Shown: piece by piece, positions 1-10,253 of the stretch | Layout: the number at the start of each line of letters is the position of its first letter | Position numbering within the stretch: the stretch's first letter is position 1 | Source of the DNA: Bacteroidota bacterium | GTDB lineage: Bacteria > Bacteroidota > Bacteroidia > Bacteroidales > FEN-979 | Direction of reading: 5' to 3' | Assembly: GCA_026391805.1 (NCBI GenBank) | Contig: JAPLDJ010000024.1 | Span: 170,014-234,013 of the forward strand | DNA length: 64,000 bases | The notes under the pieces: model-generated | Told to the model about the DNA's origin: nothing | Database searches by the model: none | What the model saw: the letters and a program-made list of their open reading frames with translations, nothing else | Translations under genes and position numbers: made by a program

Positions 1-857
1 GCATTGACCACAAGCATTTCCGGTTCAATGGTTTTCGGGGAAGGACTCATGATATCCTGTGCGGTGATGTTCTGGAAATCCGTGGTCTTTTCCAGCATCC
101 TGCGGAGGTCGCCGTCGGTAATGATGCCTTTTAGCTCTCCGCCGTCGAGCACAGCTGTTGCTCCCAGCCGCTTTGAAGAGATCTCGAGGATGATGGTCTT
201 GATGTTGTCGGTGATCCTGACTTTCGGTGCCTGGTTGTTGATATAAAGGTCGCCGACCTTCAGGTAGAGCTGTTTCCCGAGGGCTCCGCCGGGGTGCAGT
301 TTTGCAAAATCGCTGGTGGTGAACCCGCGGCATTCGAGGAGGCAGACCGTAAGCGCGTCGCCCATCACCATCTGTGCCGTTGTGCTTGAAGTGGGTGCCA
401 GGTTGTTCGGGCACGCTTCCTTTGCAACGGTGGTGTCGAGGATGAGATCAGCCTGTTTTGCCAGGTATGAATCCGTATTGCCCACAATCGCGATCAGGGA
501 GCTTCCGAAAGATTTCAATAAAGGTACAAGGATCCTGATCTCGGGCGTTTCGCCGCTTTTGGACAGGCAAATGATGATGTCTTCCTTCTGGATCGTGCCA
601 AGGTCGCCGTGGATGGCGTCGGCAGCATGCAAAAAAACAGAAGGAGTGCCTGTGGAATTCAGGCTCGCCACCAGTTTTGCCCCTACAATGGCGCTCTTCC
701 CGATCCCGGTCACAATGACCCGCCCCTTTGCTTTGAGGATCAGATTCACACACCGGACGAAGTCATCATTAATGCTCCCCGTCAGGGCGGATACTGCCTC
801 CGCTTCTTCCAAAATGGTTCGGAAAGCGATCTCTTTTATCGATTTTTCTTCCTTCAA
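1..857 (-). CDS. kpsF: KpsF/GutQ-family arabinose-5-phosphate isomerase (SIS + CBS domains); 3' end cut by the window edge
   Basis: Absent from the ORF track because the frame runs open to the window edge. My minus-strand translation from a TTG at 857 reads ...GRVIVTGIGKSAIVGAKLVASLNSTGTPSVFLHAADAIHGDLG...NNLAPTSSTTAQMVMGDALTVCLLE...HPGGALGKQLYLKV...ITDGDLRRML. That is the SIS signature of KpsF/GutQ followed by a CBS-like region. The start codon is uncertain. Confidence 0.8.
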   Translation of the reverse strand, partial: MKEEKSIKEIAFRTILEEAEAVSALTGSINDDFVRCVNLILKAKGRVIVTGIGKSAIVGAKLVASLNSTGTPSVFLHAADAIHGDLGTIQKEDIIICLSKSGETPEIRILVPLLKSFGSSLIAIVGNTDSYLAKQADLILDTTVAKEACPNNLAPTSSTTAQMVMGDALTVCLLECRGFTTSDFAKLHPGGALGKQLYLKVGDLYINNQAPKVRITDNIKTIILEISSKRLGATAVLDGGELKGIITDGDLRRMLEKTTDFQNITAQDIMSPSPKTIEPEMLVVN

Positions 858-986
858 GACAATAATTTTTATTAAAATATTTTTTTACTCTTTTGCGATT
901 TATAGTATATTTGTATTAGAGGCTTCTTCCAAAGAGAATGAAAATTTAACGTAAGACAAAAATACTAAAATAAACCGGAGTTCAAA

Positions 987-3188
987 ATGGCCGTGAAGAG
1001 GGACGAATTTCAACTATACGAAGTACTCAAAAAAGTATTTGGATTTGACAGTTTTAAGGGGAACCAGGAAGCTATCATACGGAATATTCTTGCTGATAAT
1101 GACACTTTTGTAATTATGCCGACGGGTGGAGGCAAATCACTCTGCTACCAGCTTCCTGCACTGATTAAAGACGGTACCGCAATCATCATTTCTCCGCTGA
1201 TCGCGCTGATGAAAAACCAGGTTGATTCCATCCGGAGCTTCGGAACGGAAACAACCGTGGCGCACTTCATGAATTCATCCCTGACCAAGCTGGAGATTTT
1301 GCAGGTGAAGAAGGACATCGTTTCCGGGGATACCAAATTGCTCTATGTCGCCCCCGAAACCATTACCAAAGAGGAGAACATTGATTTTCTTAAGTCCATA
1401 GAGATATCATTCTATGCCATTGATGAGGCACATTGCATTTCTGAGTGGGGCCATGATTTCCGCCCGGAATACCGGCGGCTCAGACCGATCATCGAAGCCA
1501 TCGGGCAGAAGGTGCCGGTGATTGCGCTGACGGCTACGGCAACCCCGAAAGTTCAGCAGGACATCATAAAGAACCTGGCCATGGCCGATGCCACGCTCTT
1601 CAAGGCTTCCTTCAACCGGCCGAACCTTTATTATGAAGTACGCCCCAAGACCAAGAATGTCGTCAAGGATATCATTAAATACATTAAGGGAAATTCAGGA
1701 AAATCCGGGATTGTTTATTGCCTGAGCCGGAAAAAGGTGGAAGAGCTGGCCGAGACCCTCGTGGTGAACGGGATCAAGGCTTTGCCTTACCATGCAGGGC
1801 TGGATGCTTCCACGCGCAGGCAAAACCAGGACCGCTTCCTGATGGAGGAGGTGGATGTCATCGTGGCGACCATTGCCTTCGGCATGGGGATCGATAAACC
1901 CGATGTGAGGTATGTCATCCATCACGACATACCCAAAAGCCTGGAGGGCTATTACCAGGAAACCGGCCGGTCAGGACGTGACGATGGCGAAGGGAACTGC
2001 ATTGCCTTTTACAGCTACGACGATATCCAGAAACTGGAGAAATTCATGAAGGGGAAACCGGTGGCCGAACAGGAGATCGCCAAACAGCTCCTGCTCGAAA
2101 CCGTGGCCTACACCGAATCATCGGTTTGCCGGCGCAAACAACTCCTTCACTATTTTGGAGAGATCTCGAAAGAAGACAATTGCCAGAACTGCGACAACTG
2201 CCTGCACCCCAAGAAACGCTTTGAAGGCAAGCAGTATGTGACCATCGTCCTCGATACCGTAATAGCAGTTAAGCAGCAATTCAAGCAGAAGCACATCATC
2301 AACATCATCCTCGGGAAGAATACAGCCCACATCAAATCGTACAAGCACAACAAGCTGAGTGTTTTTGGCGCGGGTTCCGAAAAAGATGAAAAATTCTGGA
2401 ATGCCGTCGTCCGGCAGACCCTCATCGAGCGGCTGCTGTTGAAAGACATTGAGAACTACGGCCTGCTGAAGATCAGTCCCGAAGGCGCACAGTTCATGAA
2501 AAAACCATTCTCGATCATGCTTGTCGATGATCATGATTATGAGAACATCGAAGAGGATGAGTTTTTTGCGGCCATGGGATCAAAGACCAGCACAGCGGAC
2601 AAGACCCTGTTCTCCCTGCTGAAGGATCTCCGGAAAGAGATTTCCCGGAAGGAAAAACTGCCGCCCTTCGTTATTTTCCAGGATCCATCGCTGGAGGACA
2701 TGGCCATTCAGTATCCCATCTCGGTTGACGAATTGAAACAGATCACCGGGGTCGGGACCGGCAAGGCGCTAAAATACGGCAAGCCCTTCCTTGAACTGAT
2801 CAAGGAATATGTGGAGGAAAACGAGATCATCCGTCCGATGGACATGGTGGTGAAATCGGTGGTCAACAAATCGGGCCTCAAGGTTTACATCATCCAGAAC
2901 ATCGACCGGAAGCTGGTTCTCGAGGATATTGCCTACGCAAAAAACCTGAACCTGGATGAATTGCTTACTGAAATTGAGAGCATTGTTTCATCCGGGACCA
3001 AGATCGATATTAATTATTACATCGACGAATTTGTCGACCCTTACCACCAGGAAGAGATCTTCAATTATTTCCGTGAAGCTGAATCCGATTCCGTGGAAGA
3101 GGCCCTGACAACCCTGGGCGAAGATGAATATACGGAAGAAGAGATCCGGCTGATGCGGATCAAATTCATGTCAGAATTAGGTAACTAA
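987..3188 (+). CDS. recQ: ATP-dependent DNA helicase RecQ
   Basis: 733-aa ORF. It has Walker A (MPTGGGKSLCYQLPA), DEAH (AIDEAHCISEWGHDFRPEY), helicase motif VI (YYQETGRSGRDG), a Zn-binding Cys cluster (CRR...CQNCDNC) and an HRDC-like C-terminus. Confidence 0.95.
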   Translation: MAVKRDEFQLYEVLKKVFGFDSFKGNQEAIIRNILADNDTFVIMPTGGGKSLCYQLPALIKDGTAIIISPLIALMKNQVDSIRSFGTETTVAHFMNSSLTKLEILQVKKDIVSGDTKLLYVAPETITKEENIDFLKSIEISFYAIDEAHCISEWGHDFRPEYRRLRPIIEAIGQKVPVIALTATATPKVQQDIIKNLAMADATLFKASFNRPNLYYEVRPKTKNVVKDIIKYIKGNSGKSGIVYCLSRKKVEELAETLVVNGIKALPYHAGLDASTRRQNQDRFLMEEVDVIVATIAFGMGIDKPDVRYVIHHDIPKSLEGYYQETGRSGRDDGEGNCIAFYSYDDIQKLEKFMKGKPVAEQEIAKQLLLETVAYTESSVCRRKQLLHYFGEISKEDNCQNCDNCLHPKKRFEGKQYVTIVLDTVIAVKQQFKQKHIINIILGKNTAHIKSYKHNKLSVFGAGSEKDEKFWNAVVRQTLIERLLLKDIENYGLLKISPEGAQFMKKPFSIMLVDDHDYENIEEDEFFAAMGSKTSTADKTLFSLLKDLRKEISRKEKLPPFVIFQDPSLEDMAIQYPISVDELKQITGVGTGKALKYGKPFLELIKEYVEENEIIRPMDMVVKSVVNKSGLKVYIIQNIDRKLVLEDIAYAKNLNLDELLTEIESIVSSGTKIDINYYIDEFVDPYHQEEIFNYFREAESDSVEEALTTLGEDEYTEEEIRLMRIKFMSELGN

Positions 3189-3202
3189 ACAAAATCCAGA
3201 TC

Positions 3203-3904
3203 ATGCACGACGAATCGTTGAACACACCTGAGACGACTCAGGCTACAGAACAGAATTTTCCGCCGGCCGCGCCGGAAGAACAGAAACAGGAAAAAAAATG
3301 TAAGATATCCCCTCACCTGGTGATCGAGCTGATCCTCCTGGCAGGGCTGGCCGTTCTTTACATCCTTTTCTTTACCTCCAAAAAATCAGTAGAAACTTCA
3401 TCACCATTGCTCTTTCAGAAATCGGGGGCCGTCGCTTCAAGGGTCATGTTCATCAACATTGATTCACTGAACGAGCAATACCAGTTCGTGAAAAAGCTGA
3501 AGACCGAACTTGAAGTCACAGGAAAACGTCTTGAAACGGAGATCCTCTCCGAACAGTCAGCCTTCGAAAAAGAGGCCACTGACTTTCAGAAGAAGGTCGC
3601 AGCCAATGCCATTCCCGAAGACAGGGCCAAGGTCATGTACGAGGCGCTGATGCAGAAACAACAATTACTGGCTGAAAAGAAAGACCGCTATACCCAGCAG
3701 GTGGCCGATAAGGAACAGGCGATGCACCAGACGCTGCTCGATACCGTGACAAATTTCCTGAAACGATACAACCGGGTCTATAAATTTGACTACATTTTTG
3801 GGTATGCAAAGGCCGGCCAGATCCTCCTGGCCAATGATACCCTCGACATCACGGGTGATGTGGTAAAAGCCCTGAACAACGAATACAAGGAGAAAGCGAA
3901 ATAA
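3203..3904 (+). CDS. OmpH/Skp-like periplasmic chaperone family protein with an N-terminal membrane anchor
   Basis: 233-aa ORF with one hydrophobic helix (LVIELILLAGLAVLYILFF). A long coiled-coil-like K/E/Q-rich region follows, ending ...ITGDVVKALNNEYKE as in OmpH-family proteins. The function call is by resemblance only. Confidence 0.55.
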   Translation: MHDESLNTPETTQATEQNFPPAAPEEQKQEKKCKISPHLVIELILLAGLAVLYILFFTSKKSVETSSPLLFQKSGAVASRVMFINIDSLNEQYQFVKKLKTELEVTGKRLETEILSEQSAFEKEATDFQKKVAANAIPEDRAKVMYEALMQKQQLLAEKKDRYTQQVADKEQAMHQTLLDTVTNFLKRYNRVYKFDYIFGYAKAGQILLANDTLDITGDVVKALNNEYKEKAK

Positions 3905-4278
3905 TGTTCATGCGGTGCTTTTTTGGGTTGATCCTGATCTGCTGCCTGGCTTCCTGCGGTCATAAAAAAGCAGATGTGAACCTGGGAGCGTTCCCGGCCG
4001 ATTCCCTGATTTCCCGCGATCAGATGATCCGGGTCATGGTCGACCTCCATCTTGTGGAGGCTGCACTCCAACTGGAACGGAACAGGGGAGGGAAATTGCC
4101 TGAGCTGACCCGGGAATATTTCTCCTGGCTGTACTCAAGGTATCATGTATCGCGGAAAAGGTTCCAGGCCAACATTGATTATTACAAGCGGAACCCCGAA
4201 GAGTTCAGTAAGATGTACGAAGAGGTTGTGAAAGAGCTGACAAACCGCTGGAAAAAGGAAGCGGGCGTGAAGAACTGA
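3904..4278 (+). CDS. Small lipoprotein of unknown function (DUF4296-like)
   Basis: 124-aa ORF with a lipoprotein signal (LILICCLASCG). Its start overlaps the stop of the upstream gene, so it is probably co-transcribed. Confidence 0.6.
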   Translation: MFMRCFFGLILICCLASCGHKKADVNLGAFPADSLISRDQMIRVMVDLHLVEAALQLERNRGGKLPELTREYFSWLYSRYHVSRKRFQANIDYYKRNPEEFSKMYEEVVKELTNRWKKEAGVKN

Positions 4279-4294
4279 ATGCCGGAAAACATTC

Positions 4295-4708
4295 CTATTT
4301 TTTCGTGAAAACAGCCTGGAGACTGGTCTGGTTGGCCCCGTCATGAAGTGTGTACGGCCAGTCGATCCGGGTTGTTCCGGTAACAGTGCCGGTTCCGTTA
4401 ACGATCCACCCGTTTGAAAGCAATTCATTGGTTGCCAGGGATACCTGTGTCCCCGACAGGTAGGCAATGGCCTTGACATTCTGCCCTGCTGCTGCAAAGT
4501 TTATAATCTGGATGCCATTCGAGGAGGATGGGTCGATCTCAATGGTAACTTCATACGTATTTTTTTTGGAAGTTTCATAAACCATCCATTGACCTGTAAG
4601 GGATGAACGGCTCACTTCCGTGGTGGTTGTATCCTCCTTTGCGCAGGAAGTCATCATAATTCCGGCAAGGATCGAAAGGTAAAAAATTGATCGGGCGATT
4701 CTCTTCAT
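4295..4708 (-). CDS. Hypothetical lipoprotein
   Basis: 137-aa ORF with signal peptide and lipobox (LSILAGIMMTSCAKED). No recognisable domain. Confidence 0.55.
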   Translation of the reverse strand: MKRIARSIFYLSILAGIMMTSCAKEDTTTTEVSRSSLTGQWMVYETSKKNTYEVTIEIDPSSSNGIQIINFAAAGQNVKAIAYLSGTQVSLATNELLSNGWIVNGTGTVTGTTRIDWPYTLHDGANQTSLQAVFTKK

Positions 4709-4751
4709 GGGAGATGAAGTTTTTCATTTTAATAACAGGATTCCGCAGAAA

Positions 4752-5273
4752 TTATTGTGATCTTTTTCTGAAAAGGGCCGACAGGTAAAAGCTGTACAGA
4801 ATTGTCGTGATCAGCTGTGAGATCAGGAACGGTATTCCGGCTTCCTCCTGTATGAACATCACGGAGAAAAAGATAAGGTAGAGCGAATAGCAGCATATCT
4901 TACTGATGATGACCGAGGCGATTGCCGAAAGGAAAACATGATCCAGCTTCTTCAGCAGGAAATAAAAAAGGAATACATTGACGGAAAGTTCTGCGCAAAT
5001 GACCAGCATCTTGATAAATTCGGGATGCCCTGAAACGATCCAGGAAAATGCCGGTAAGACAAAGGCAAGAACAAAGGAATTGACCCTGTTGAAGTGCGCC
5101 ATGGAGATGATGACCATCAGGCGCATGGGCTCGATCATGTAAAAAGGAAGTTGCAGGAGATTGCCCAGGAGCGGGATGAAGAAGACGAAAGCAAGCGCCC
5201 CTGCATCAAAGATCAATGTTTTATGAAAAGCCTTTGAGCGGATCCAGTTAATAGAAGGGTTATCAGGAGTCAT
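4752..5273 (-). CDS. Hypothetical integral membrane protein (about 5 TM helices)
   Basis: The track ORF 4752..5417 overlaps deoC by about 100 nt. The internal ATG at 5273 (MTPDNPSINW...) removes the overlap. The remainder is strongly hydrophobic. Confidence 0.55.
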   Translation of the reverse strand: MTPDNPSINWIRSKAFHKTLIFDAGALAFVFFIPLLGNLLQLPFYMIEPMRLMVIISMAHFNRVNSFVLAFVLPAFSWIVSGHPEFIKMLVICAELSVNVFLFYFLLKKLDHVFLSAIASVIISKICCYSLYLIFFSVMFIQEEAGIPFLISQLITTILYSFYLSALFRKRSQ

Positions 5274-5319
5274 GAAGTGAAGGGTGGAGAGATGAACAGG
5301 AATGAGAGCGTTGTGAATT

Positions 5320-6078
5320 TTATGGGTGCGGTTCTGAAGAAATTTCTTTGGCCAGGGCATCGGCCAGGCGGCTGGCCCCGATCCTGAAAAGATCCTTATC
5401 GAGCCAGGCAGTACCAAGGATCTGTTCCGTCATTTTGTAATACCGTAATGCCTGTTCCGGCTCTGAAATACCGCCGGCCGGTTTTATCCCGATGCGGCGG
5501 CCGGTCTTTTCATGATGATCCCGGATCACCTCCAGCATGATCTGCATGGCCTCTTCCGTGGCCGCAGGCTGGATTTTCCCGGTAGAGGTCTTGATAAAAT
5601 CAGCACCTGCTGAAATTGCAATCTCACTGGCCCTGCGGATAAGATCAGGCTTCTTCAGCTCTCCGGTTTCGAGGATCACCTTCAGGTGGATATCTTTAGC
5701 AGCTTCGCGGATGGCAGCAATCTCATCAAACACGAATTTTTCATCGCCTTCCAGCATCCGGCCCCTCGAAATAACCATATCGATCTCGTCGGCGCCCTCC
5801 TGAACCGCATACACTACTTCCTTTACCCTTAACTCCAGGGGAGACTGTCCGCTGGGGAATGCCCCTGCTACGGCAGCAACCCGGATCCCGGTTCCATCCA
5901 GTTCTTTTTTTGCCAGCCTGACGAACAGAGGATACACACACACGGCAGCAGGGAAAGGCAGTCCTGATTGCCCGAATGAAATGGCCTTCCGGCAAAGTTG
6001 TACGATTTTTTCGGTATTGTCGCTTCCTTCGAGGGTGGTAAGATCGATGCAGGATAATATTGCACGATAATCATCCAT
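5320..6078 (-). CDS. deoC: Deoxyribose-phosphate aldolase
   Basis: 252-aa ORF with DeoC hallmarks: IDLTTLEG, ADEIDMVI, and the Schiff-base lysine context ADFIKTSTGK. Confidence 0.9.
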   Translation of the reverse strand: MDDYRAILSCIDLTTLEGSDNTEKIVQLCRKAISFGQSGLPFPAAVCVYPLFVRLAKKELDGTGIRVAAVAGAFPSGQSPLELRVKEVVYAVQEGADEIDMVISRGRMLEGDEKFVFDEIAAIREAAKDIHLKVILETGELKKPDLIRRASEIAISAGADFIKTSTGKIQPAATEEAMQIMLEVIRDHHEKTGRRIGIKPAGGISEPEQALRYYKMTEQILGTAWLDKDLFRIGASRLADALAKEISSEPHP

Positions 6079-6092
6079 GGCTAAAAATCCGT

Positions 6093-8408
6093 TTAGAATG
6101 AAAAGCTTAATCCAAGGCTGGGCATGAAGGGCAACTGGTCGACACGTTCCTGGGTAACCCTGTTTACATAGAAGATGTTCTGCTGGTTCAGGGTATTCGT
6201 GACACCGACGCTGATCTCGAGTTTTGTATAACGGCCCAGGTCAAATTTCTTCTTCAGGTTAACATCCAGCCTGCTGTAGTATGGCAAACGGCCTTTGTTG
6301 TAATCCGCATAAACGATCCCGAGCGAACCGTTCTGGTTAATCACATTGGTTCCGATGTCATTGAAGTTGATCAGTTCATAATAACCGGCAGTTTGCGTAA
6401 ACGGGAATCCGGATCCGTAGTTCCAGCGAACATCGGCCTGCCACCCCTGGTGTTTTCCGAAAACATAAGAAGCAGTAAGATTGATGTTGTGCCTGCGGTC
6501 ATAAACCGGGACATACCAGGTTTGTCCGTCGAACCTGTTGATGAAGCACAGGGAGTATACCGCCCAGAGATGCAGTCGTTTGTAGTCGTATTTCAGCGAA
6601 ACATCCACCCCTTCGGCATTACCCGATTCAATGACAAAATCTTTCTTCAGGTAATCCGGCTTGTCAGAATTCTGCGGGATGTCATTGTAAAGTTTATTCC
6701 TGTTGAGGTTGATCAGTTCAGGATAATATTTGTAATACCCTTCCACATTCAGGTACACATTTTTAAACAGGTCGGCTTCAAATCCGAGAACGACCTGGTC
6801 TGACCGCTGGTATTTGGTTTTAACAGGCTGACCCTTGAATTCCTCGGGCAGGTTGTTCGGACCGGCCACAAATCCATAAAAGAGGTTGACAACATCCCTG
6901 TCGTAGGTTGTGGTGACAAGGTTCTGGGAATACATGCCGGCTGCCATTTTTAACCGGAAACGATCGGTTACATTGTATTTTATTGCGAGACGGGGTTCGA
7001 GTGAGGCTGCACCGAGTGAGGCATAGTACTGCAGACGGAGGCCGGGCTCAAAAATGAACTTTCCGACCAGCCACTTGTATTTGATATAAATGCTGGGGTC
7101 CGTGGTGTTCTGGTCGAGTGAGATGAGCCGTTTGGCCGAATTGTAAAGCGACACATTGGTTTTATAACCGCTCAGATCGATTCCGTACTTGAGGGCATTC
7201 TTCCCGAAGAAATAGGTGAAATGAAATCCGCCGCTGAAGCCAGCAATCGAGCTTGAACTCTCGGATGATCCTTCCTGTTTGAGCGACACTTTATACTGTG
7301 AATAGGCGAAATTACCTTCCAGCAGCACAGGAGAGCTGCCGGGGATGATTACAAAATTGGTCCCTCCGCCGAATGCTTTCCACTGGTAGTTCTGCAGGAT
7401 CTGGTACTGAACATCATCCTTGAAATCAAATCCATAGAAGTTCACTTTACTGCCATTGGCGGCATTTACCGAAATTTTGCCATAGATATCGAGGTAGTTG
7501 TAGGGCAGCCCGTTCTCATCGATATAACTGTAAAAAATCTTCGAGCTCTCTGCGAGGTAGGAATTCTTGATCGAGAAAATGAAAGAAGCGCCTGCATCGG
7601 TCTCCTCCTTTGCCCTGGCGATCGGCCCTTCGATGAGAACCTTGGCACCGAATGTACTGGCATCGATCTTTCCGGCAATGCGTTTCTTGTTTCCGTCGCG
7701 GGTGGAGATGTCCATAACAGAAGAGAGTCTTCCCCCGTATTCAGCGCCGAACCCGCCCGTCAGAACATCCACATTTTTCAGGATGTCAACATCAAAAACG
7801 GAAAACAAACCGATGGAATGAAAAGGCTGGTAAAGCTCCATCCCGTCTAGCAGGACCTTGTTCTGGATCGGAGGGCCGCCGCGGATGTAGAGCTGCCCGC
7901 CCTGGTCGCCAGAAAAAATGACACCGGGAAGTACCTGTATGTACTGGGCCAGGTCAGGCTGCCCGCCAATGGTAGGGATCTGTCCGATATCCTTTGGAGT
8001 GATCTTGATGATGGAAGTTTGCGTTTCAACTTTCTTGTTCTCACGGGCGGCTGAAATATTGACCTCCTCCAGGTTTACGGAAGATTTTTTCAGGTTGAGC
8101 TTTTTCGTGATGAGGTCATTGCTTTTGATGGTGACCGGGATCTGCAATGTGTCAAACCCCATGCAGGTTACCATCAGGGTATATTGTCCCGGGGGGATCT
8201 TCATGATGGAGAAAAAACCATTCACATCCGTTGCTGCCCCGAGTGAGGTTTTATAAAGGTAGACATTGGTGAAGATGACAGGTTCGCCGGTTTCCGTTTC
8301 GTAAACAAAACCCCTGATGACGCCTGTTTGTGCCCGCACAGCCTGTTGAGGCAGGAGAAAAACGAGCAATAACAAAAAGAAGGAAAGGAGAAGTGAATGA
8401 ACCCGCAT
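6093..8408 (-). CDS. TonB-dependent receptor with an N-terminal carboxypeptidase-regulatory-like domain
   Basis: 771-aa ORF with a signal peptide (LLLVFLLPQQAVRAQ) and a CarboxypepD_reg-like start (GVIRGFVYETETGEPV...TDVNGFFSI). It also has a plug region (QVLPGV...GGQLYIRGG) and a C-terminal beta-barrel ending in ...LSFSF. Confidence 0.85.
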   Translation of the reverse strand: MRVHSLLLSFFLLLLVFLLPQQAVRAQTGVIRGFVYETETGEPVIFTNVYLYKTSLGAATDVNGFFSIMKIPPGQYTLMVTCMGFDTLQIPVTIKSNDLITKKLNLKKSSVNLEEVNISAARENKKVETQTSIIKITPKDIGQIPTIGGQPDLAQYIQVLPGVIFSGDQGGQLYIRGGPPIQNKVLLDGMELYQPFHSIGLFSVFDVDILKNVDVLTGGFGAEYGGRLSSVMDISTRDGNKKRIAGKIDASTFGAKVLIEGPIARAKEETDAGASFIFSIKNSYLAESSKIFYSYIDENGLPYNYLDIYGKISVNAANGSKVNFYGFDFKDDVQYQILQNYQWKAFGGGTNFVIIPGSSPVLLEGNFAYSQYKVSLKQEGSSESSSSIAGFSGGFHFTYFFGKNALKYGIDLSGYKTNVSLYNSAKRLISLDQNTTDPSIYIKYKWLVGKFIFEPGLRLQYYASLGAASLEPRLAIKYNVTDRFRLKMAAGMYSQNLVTTTYDRDVVNLFYGFVAGPNNLPEEFKGQPVKTKYQRSDQVVLGFEADLFKNVYLNVEGYYKYYPELINLNRNKLYNDIPQNSDKPDYLKKDFVIESGNAEGVDVSLKYDYKRLHLWAVYSLCFINRFDGQTWYVPVYDRRHNINLTASYVFGKHQGWQADVRWNYGSGFPFTQTAGYYELINFNDIGTNVINQNGSLGIVYADYNKGRLPYYSRLDVNLKKKFDLGRYTKLEISVGVTNTLNQQNIFYVNRVTQERVDQLPFMPSLGLSFSF

Positions 8409-8548
8409 AGAAAATCGTACTGAAGAAGACTAGTTGATATTTATGCGCAAAATTAGACAATCTCCCGCATTTAAAAAAGAAAATCAATGCAGGATGCCAA
8501 AAGGCTTTGATTCTGCCGGTATTAATAGGATATTGGGATTTTTTTTAT

Positions 8549-8556
8549 ATTTTTGC
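8549..8556 (+). promoter_or_regulatory. Candidate Bacteroidota -7 promoter box (TATTTTTG) upstream of iorA
   Basis: Matches the TAnnTTTG consensus 28 nt upstream of the iorA ATG. No properly spaced -33 TTTG was seen. Confidence 0.3.
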
Positions 8557-8583
8557 CTATCATATCTAAATTTCCGCTGAATC

Positions 8584-10197
8584 ATGCAAAGACTATTACT
8601 CTTGGGGGATGAAGCCATCGCACAGGGAGCGCTTGATGCCGGGCTGTCGGGTATCTATGCATATCCCGGCACACCTTCCACTGAAATAACCGAATTTGTC
8701 CAGCACTCCAAACAGGCATTCCATGATAACGTGCATTGTACCTGGTCGGCAAATGAGAAGACCGCAATGGAATCAGCACTGGGTATGTCGTATGCAGGAA
8801 AACGTGCAATGGTATGCATGAAACATGTGGGACTGAATGTTGCGGCCGATCCTTTTATCAATTCTGCGATAACAGGTGCAAATGGCGGCCTTATGATCGT
8901 GGCGGCCGATGATCCGTCGATGCATTCCTCACAAAATGAGCAGGATTCAAGGTTCTTTGGGAAGTTTGCCATGATACCGATCCTGGAGCCCGCCAACCAG
9001 CAGGAAGCTTACGATATGGCCTACGTTGGATTTGACTTCTCCGAGCGGTTCAAGATTCCTGTAATGTTGCGTCTTACCACCCGCCTGGCCCATTCACGCG
9101 CAGGGGTGGTGCGGAAGCCCGTAAGGAAAATGAACGAAGGGAATTTTCCCGAAGACCTCCGCCAGTTTGTTCTGCTGCCCGCCATTGCCCGGAAGAGGTA
9201 CAGGAACCTTCTGAAATTACAAGACCTTTTTGATCAGGAATCTGAAATTTCCTCTTTTAACAAATACATTGATGGGCCCGACAAGAGCCTTGGCATCATC
9301 GTATGCGGCCTTGCCTATAATTATCTCCTGGAAAATTACCAGGACCGAATTGTTCCTTACCCGGTACTGAAGATCGGGCAATACCCGTTACCGAAGAAAC
9401 TGATCGGGAAGCTGATGGATGAATGCCGGGAGATCCTGGTTCTTGAAGATGGTTATCCCGTCGTGGAGGAATCGCTGAAAGGATTGCTGGGCAGGGGCGT
9501 AACGATAAAAGGCCGGCTCGATGGTACGGTTCCCCGCGATGGTGAACTGAACCCGAACATCGTGGCCGTTGCACTGGGGATGGAAGACACCTTCGGGTTG
9601 CCGGTTCCGTCGCTGATGGTCAACCGACCGCCGTCACTGTGTTCCGGTTGCCCGCACATCGATTCATTCAAGGCCCTGAACGAAGTGCTTGCCGACCTCC
9701 CGAAAGGAAGGGTCTTTTCGGATATCGGTTGTTATACCCTGGGCGCTCTTAAGCCGTATGAGGCGATCAATTCATGCGTGGATATGGGCGCCTCGATCAC
9801 AATGGCAAAAGGAGCTGCTGATGCAGGATTAATACCGTCTGTCGCGGTAATCGGCGACTCTACCTTCACCCATTCCGGCATGACAGGCCTGCTGGATGCC
9901 GTCAATGATAAATCACATGTTACTGTTTTTATTCTTGATAACGGAACGACAGCCATGACCGGCGGACAGGAATCCCCTGCCTTCGGAAGGATCGAGAGCA
10001 TCTGCAAAGGCCTGGGGGTGGAGGAAGGCCATATCCATGTGCTCAAACCGCTGAAAAAGTACCACGAGGAGAATGTGAGGATCATCAACGAAGAACTTGC
10101 CTACCCCGGTGTTTCCGTCATCATCCCGCGAAGGGAATGCATCGTTGCCGTTGATAAGCGTATCAGAGATAAGTTCAAGACAAAACAGAATGCCTGA
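8584..10197 (+). CDS. iorA: Indolepyruvate:ferredoxin oxidoreductase, alpha (TPP-binding) subunit
   Basis: 537-aa ORF. The N-terminus (LLLGDEAIAQGALDAGLSGIYAYPGTPSTEI), the CxGCPH motif (LCSGCPHIDSF) and the TPP-binding region (GDSTFTHSGMTGL) are typical of IorA. Confidence 0.85.
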   Translation: MQRLLLLGDEAIAQGALDAGLSGIYAYPGTPSTEITEFVQHSKQAFHDNVHCTWSANEKTAMESALGMSYAGKRAMVCMKHVGLNVAADPFINSAITGANGGLMIVAADDPSMHSSQNEQDSRFFGKFAMIPILEPANQQEAYDMAYVGFDFSERFKIPVMLRLTTRLAHSRAGVVRKPVRKMNEGNFPEDLRQFVLLPAIARKRYRNLLKLQDLFDQESEISSFNKYIDGPDKSLGIIVCGLAYNYLLENYQDRIVPYPVLKIGQYPLPKKLIGKLMDECREILVLEDGYPVVEESLKGLLGRGVTIKGRLDGTVPRDGELNPNIVAVALGMEDTFGLPVPSLMVNRPPSLCSGCPHIDSFKALNEVLADLPKGRVFSDIGCYTLGALKPYEAINSCVDMGASITMAKGAADAGLIPSVAVIGDSTFTHSGMTGLLDAVNDKSHVTVFILDNGTTAMTGGQESPAFGRIESICKGLGVEEGHIHVLKPLKKYHEENVRIINEELAYPGVSVIIPRRECIVAVDKRIRDKFKTKQNA

Positions 10198-10253
10198 CCC
10201 GAAAATGTTCCGGGCAAGGGCGGGAATGTGATCATATAAATAAGGATTATTAT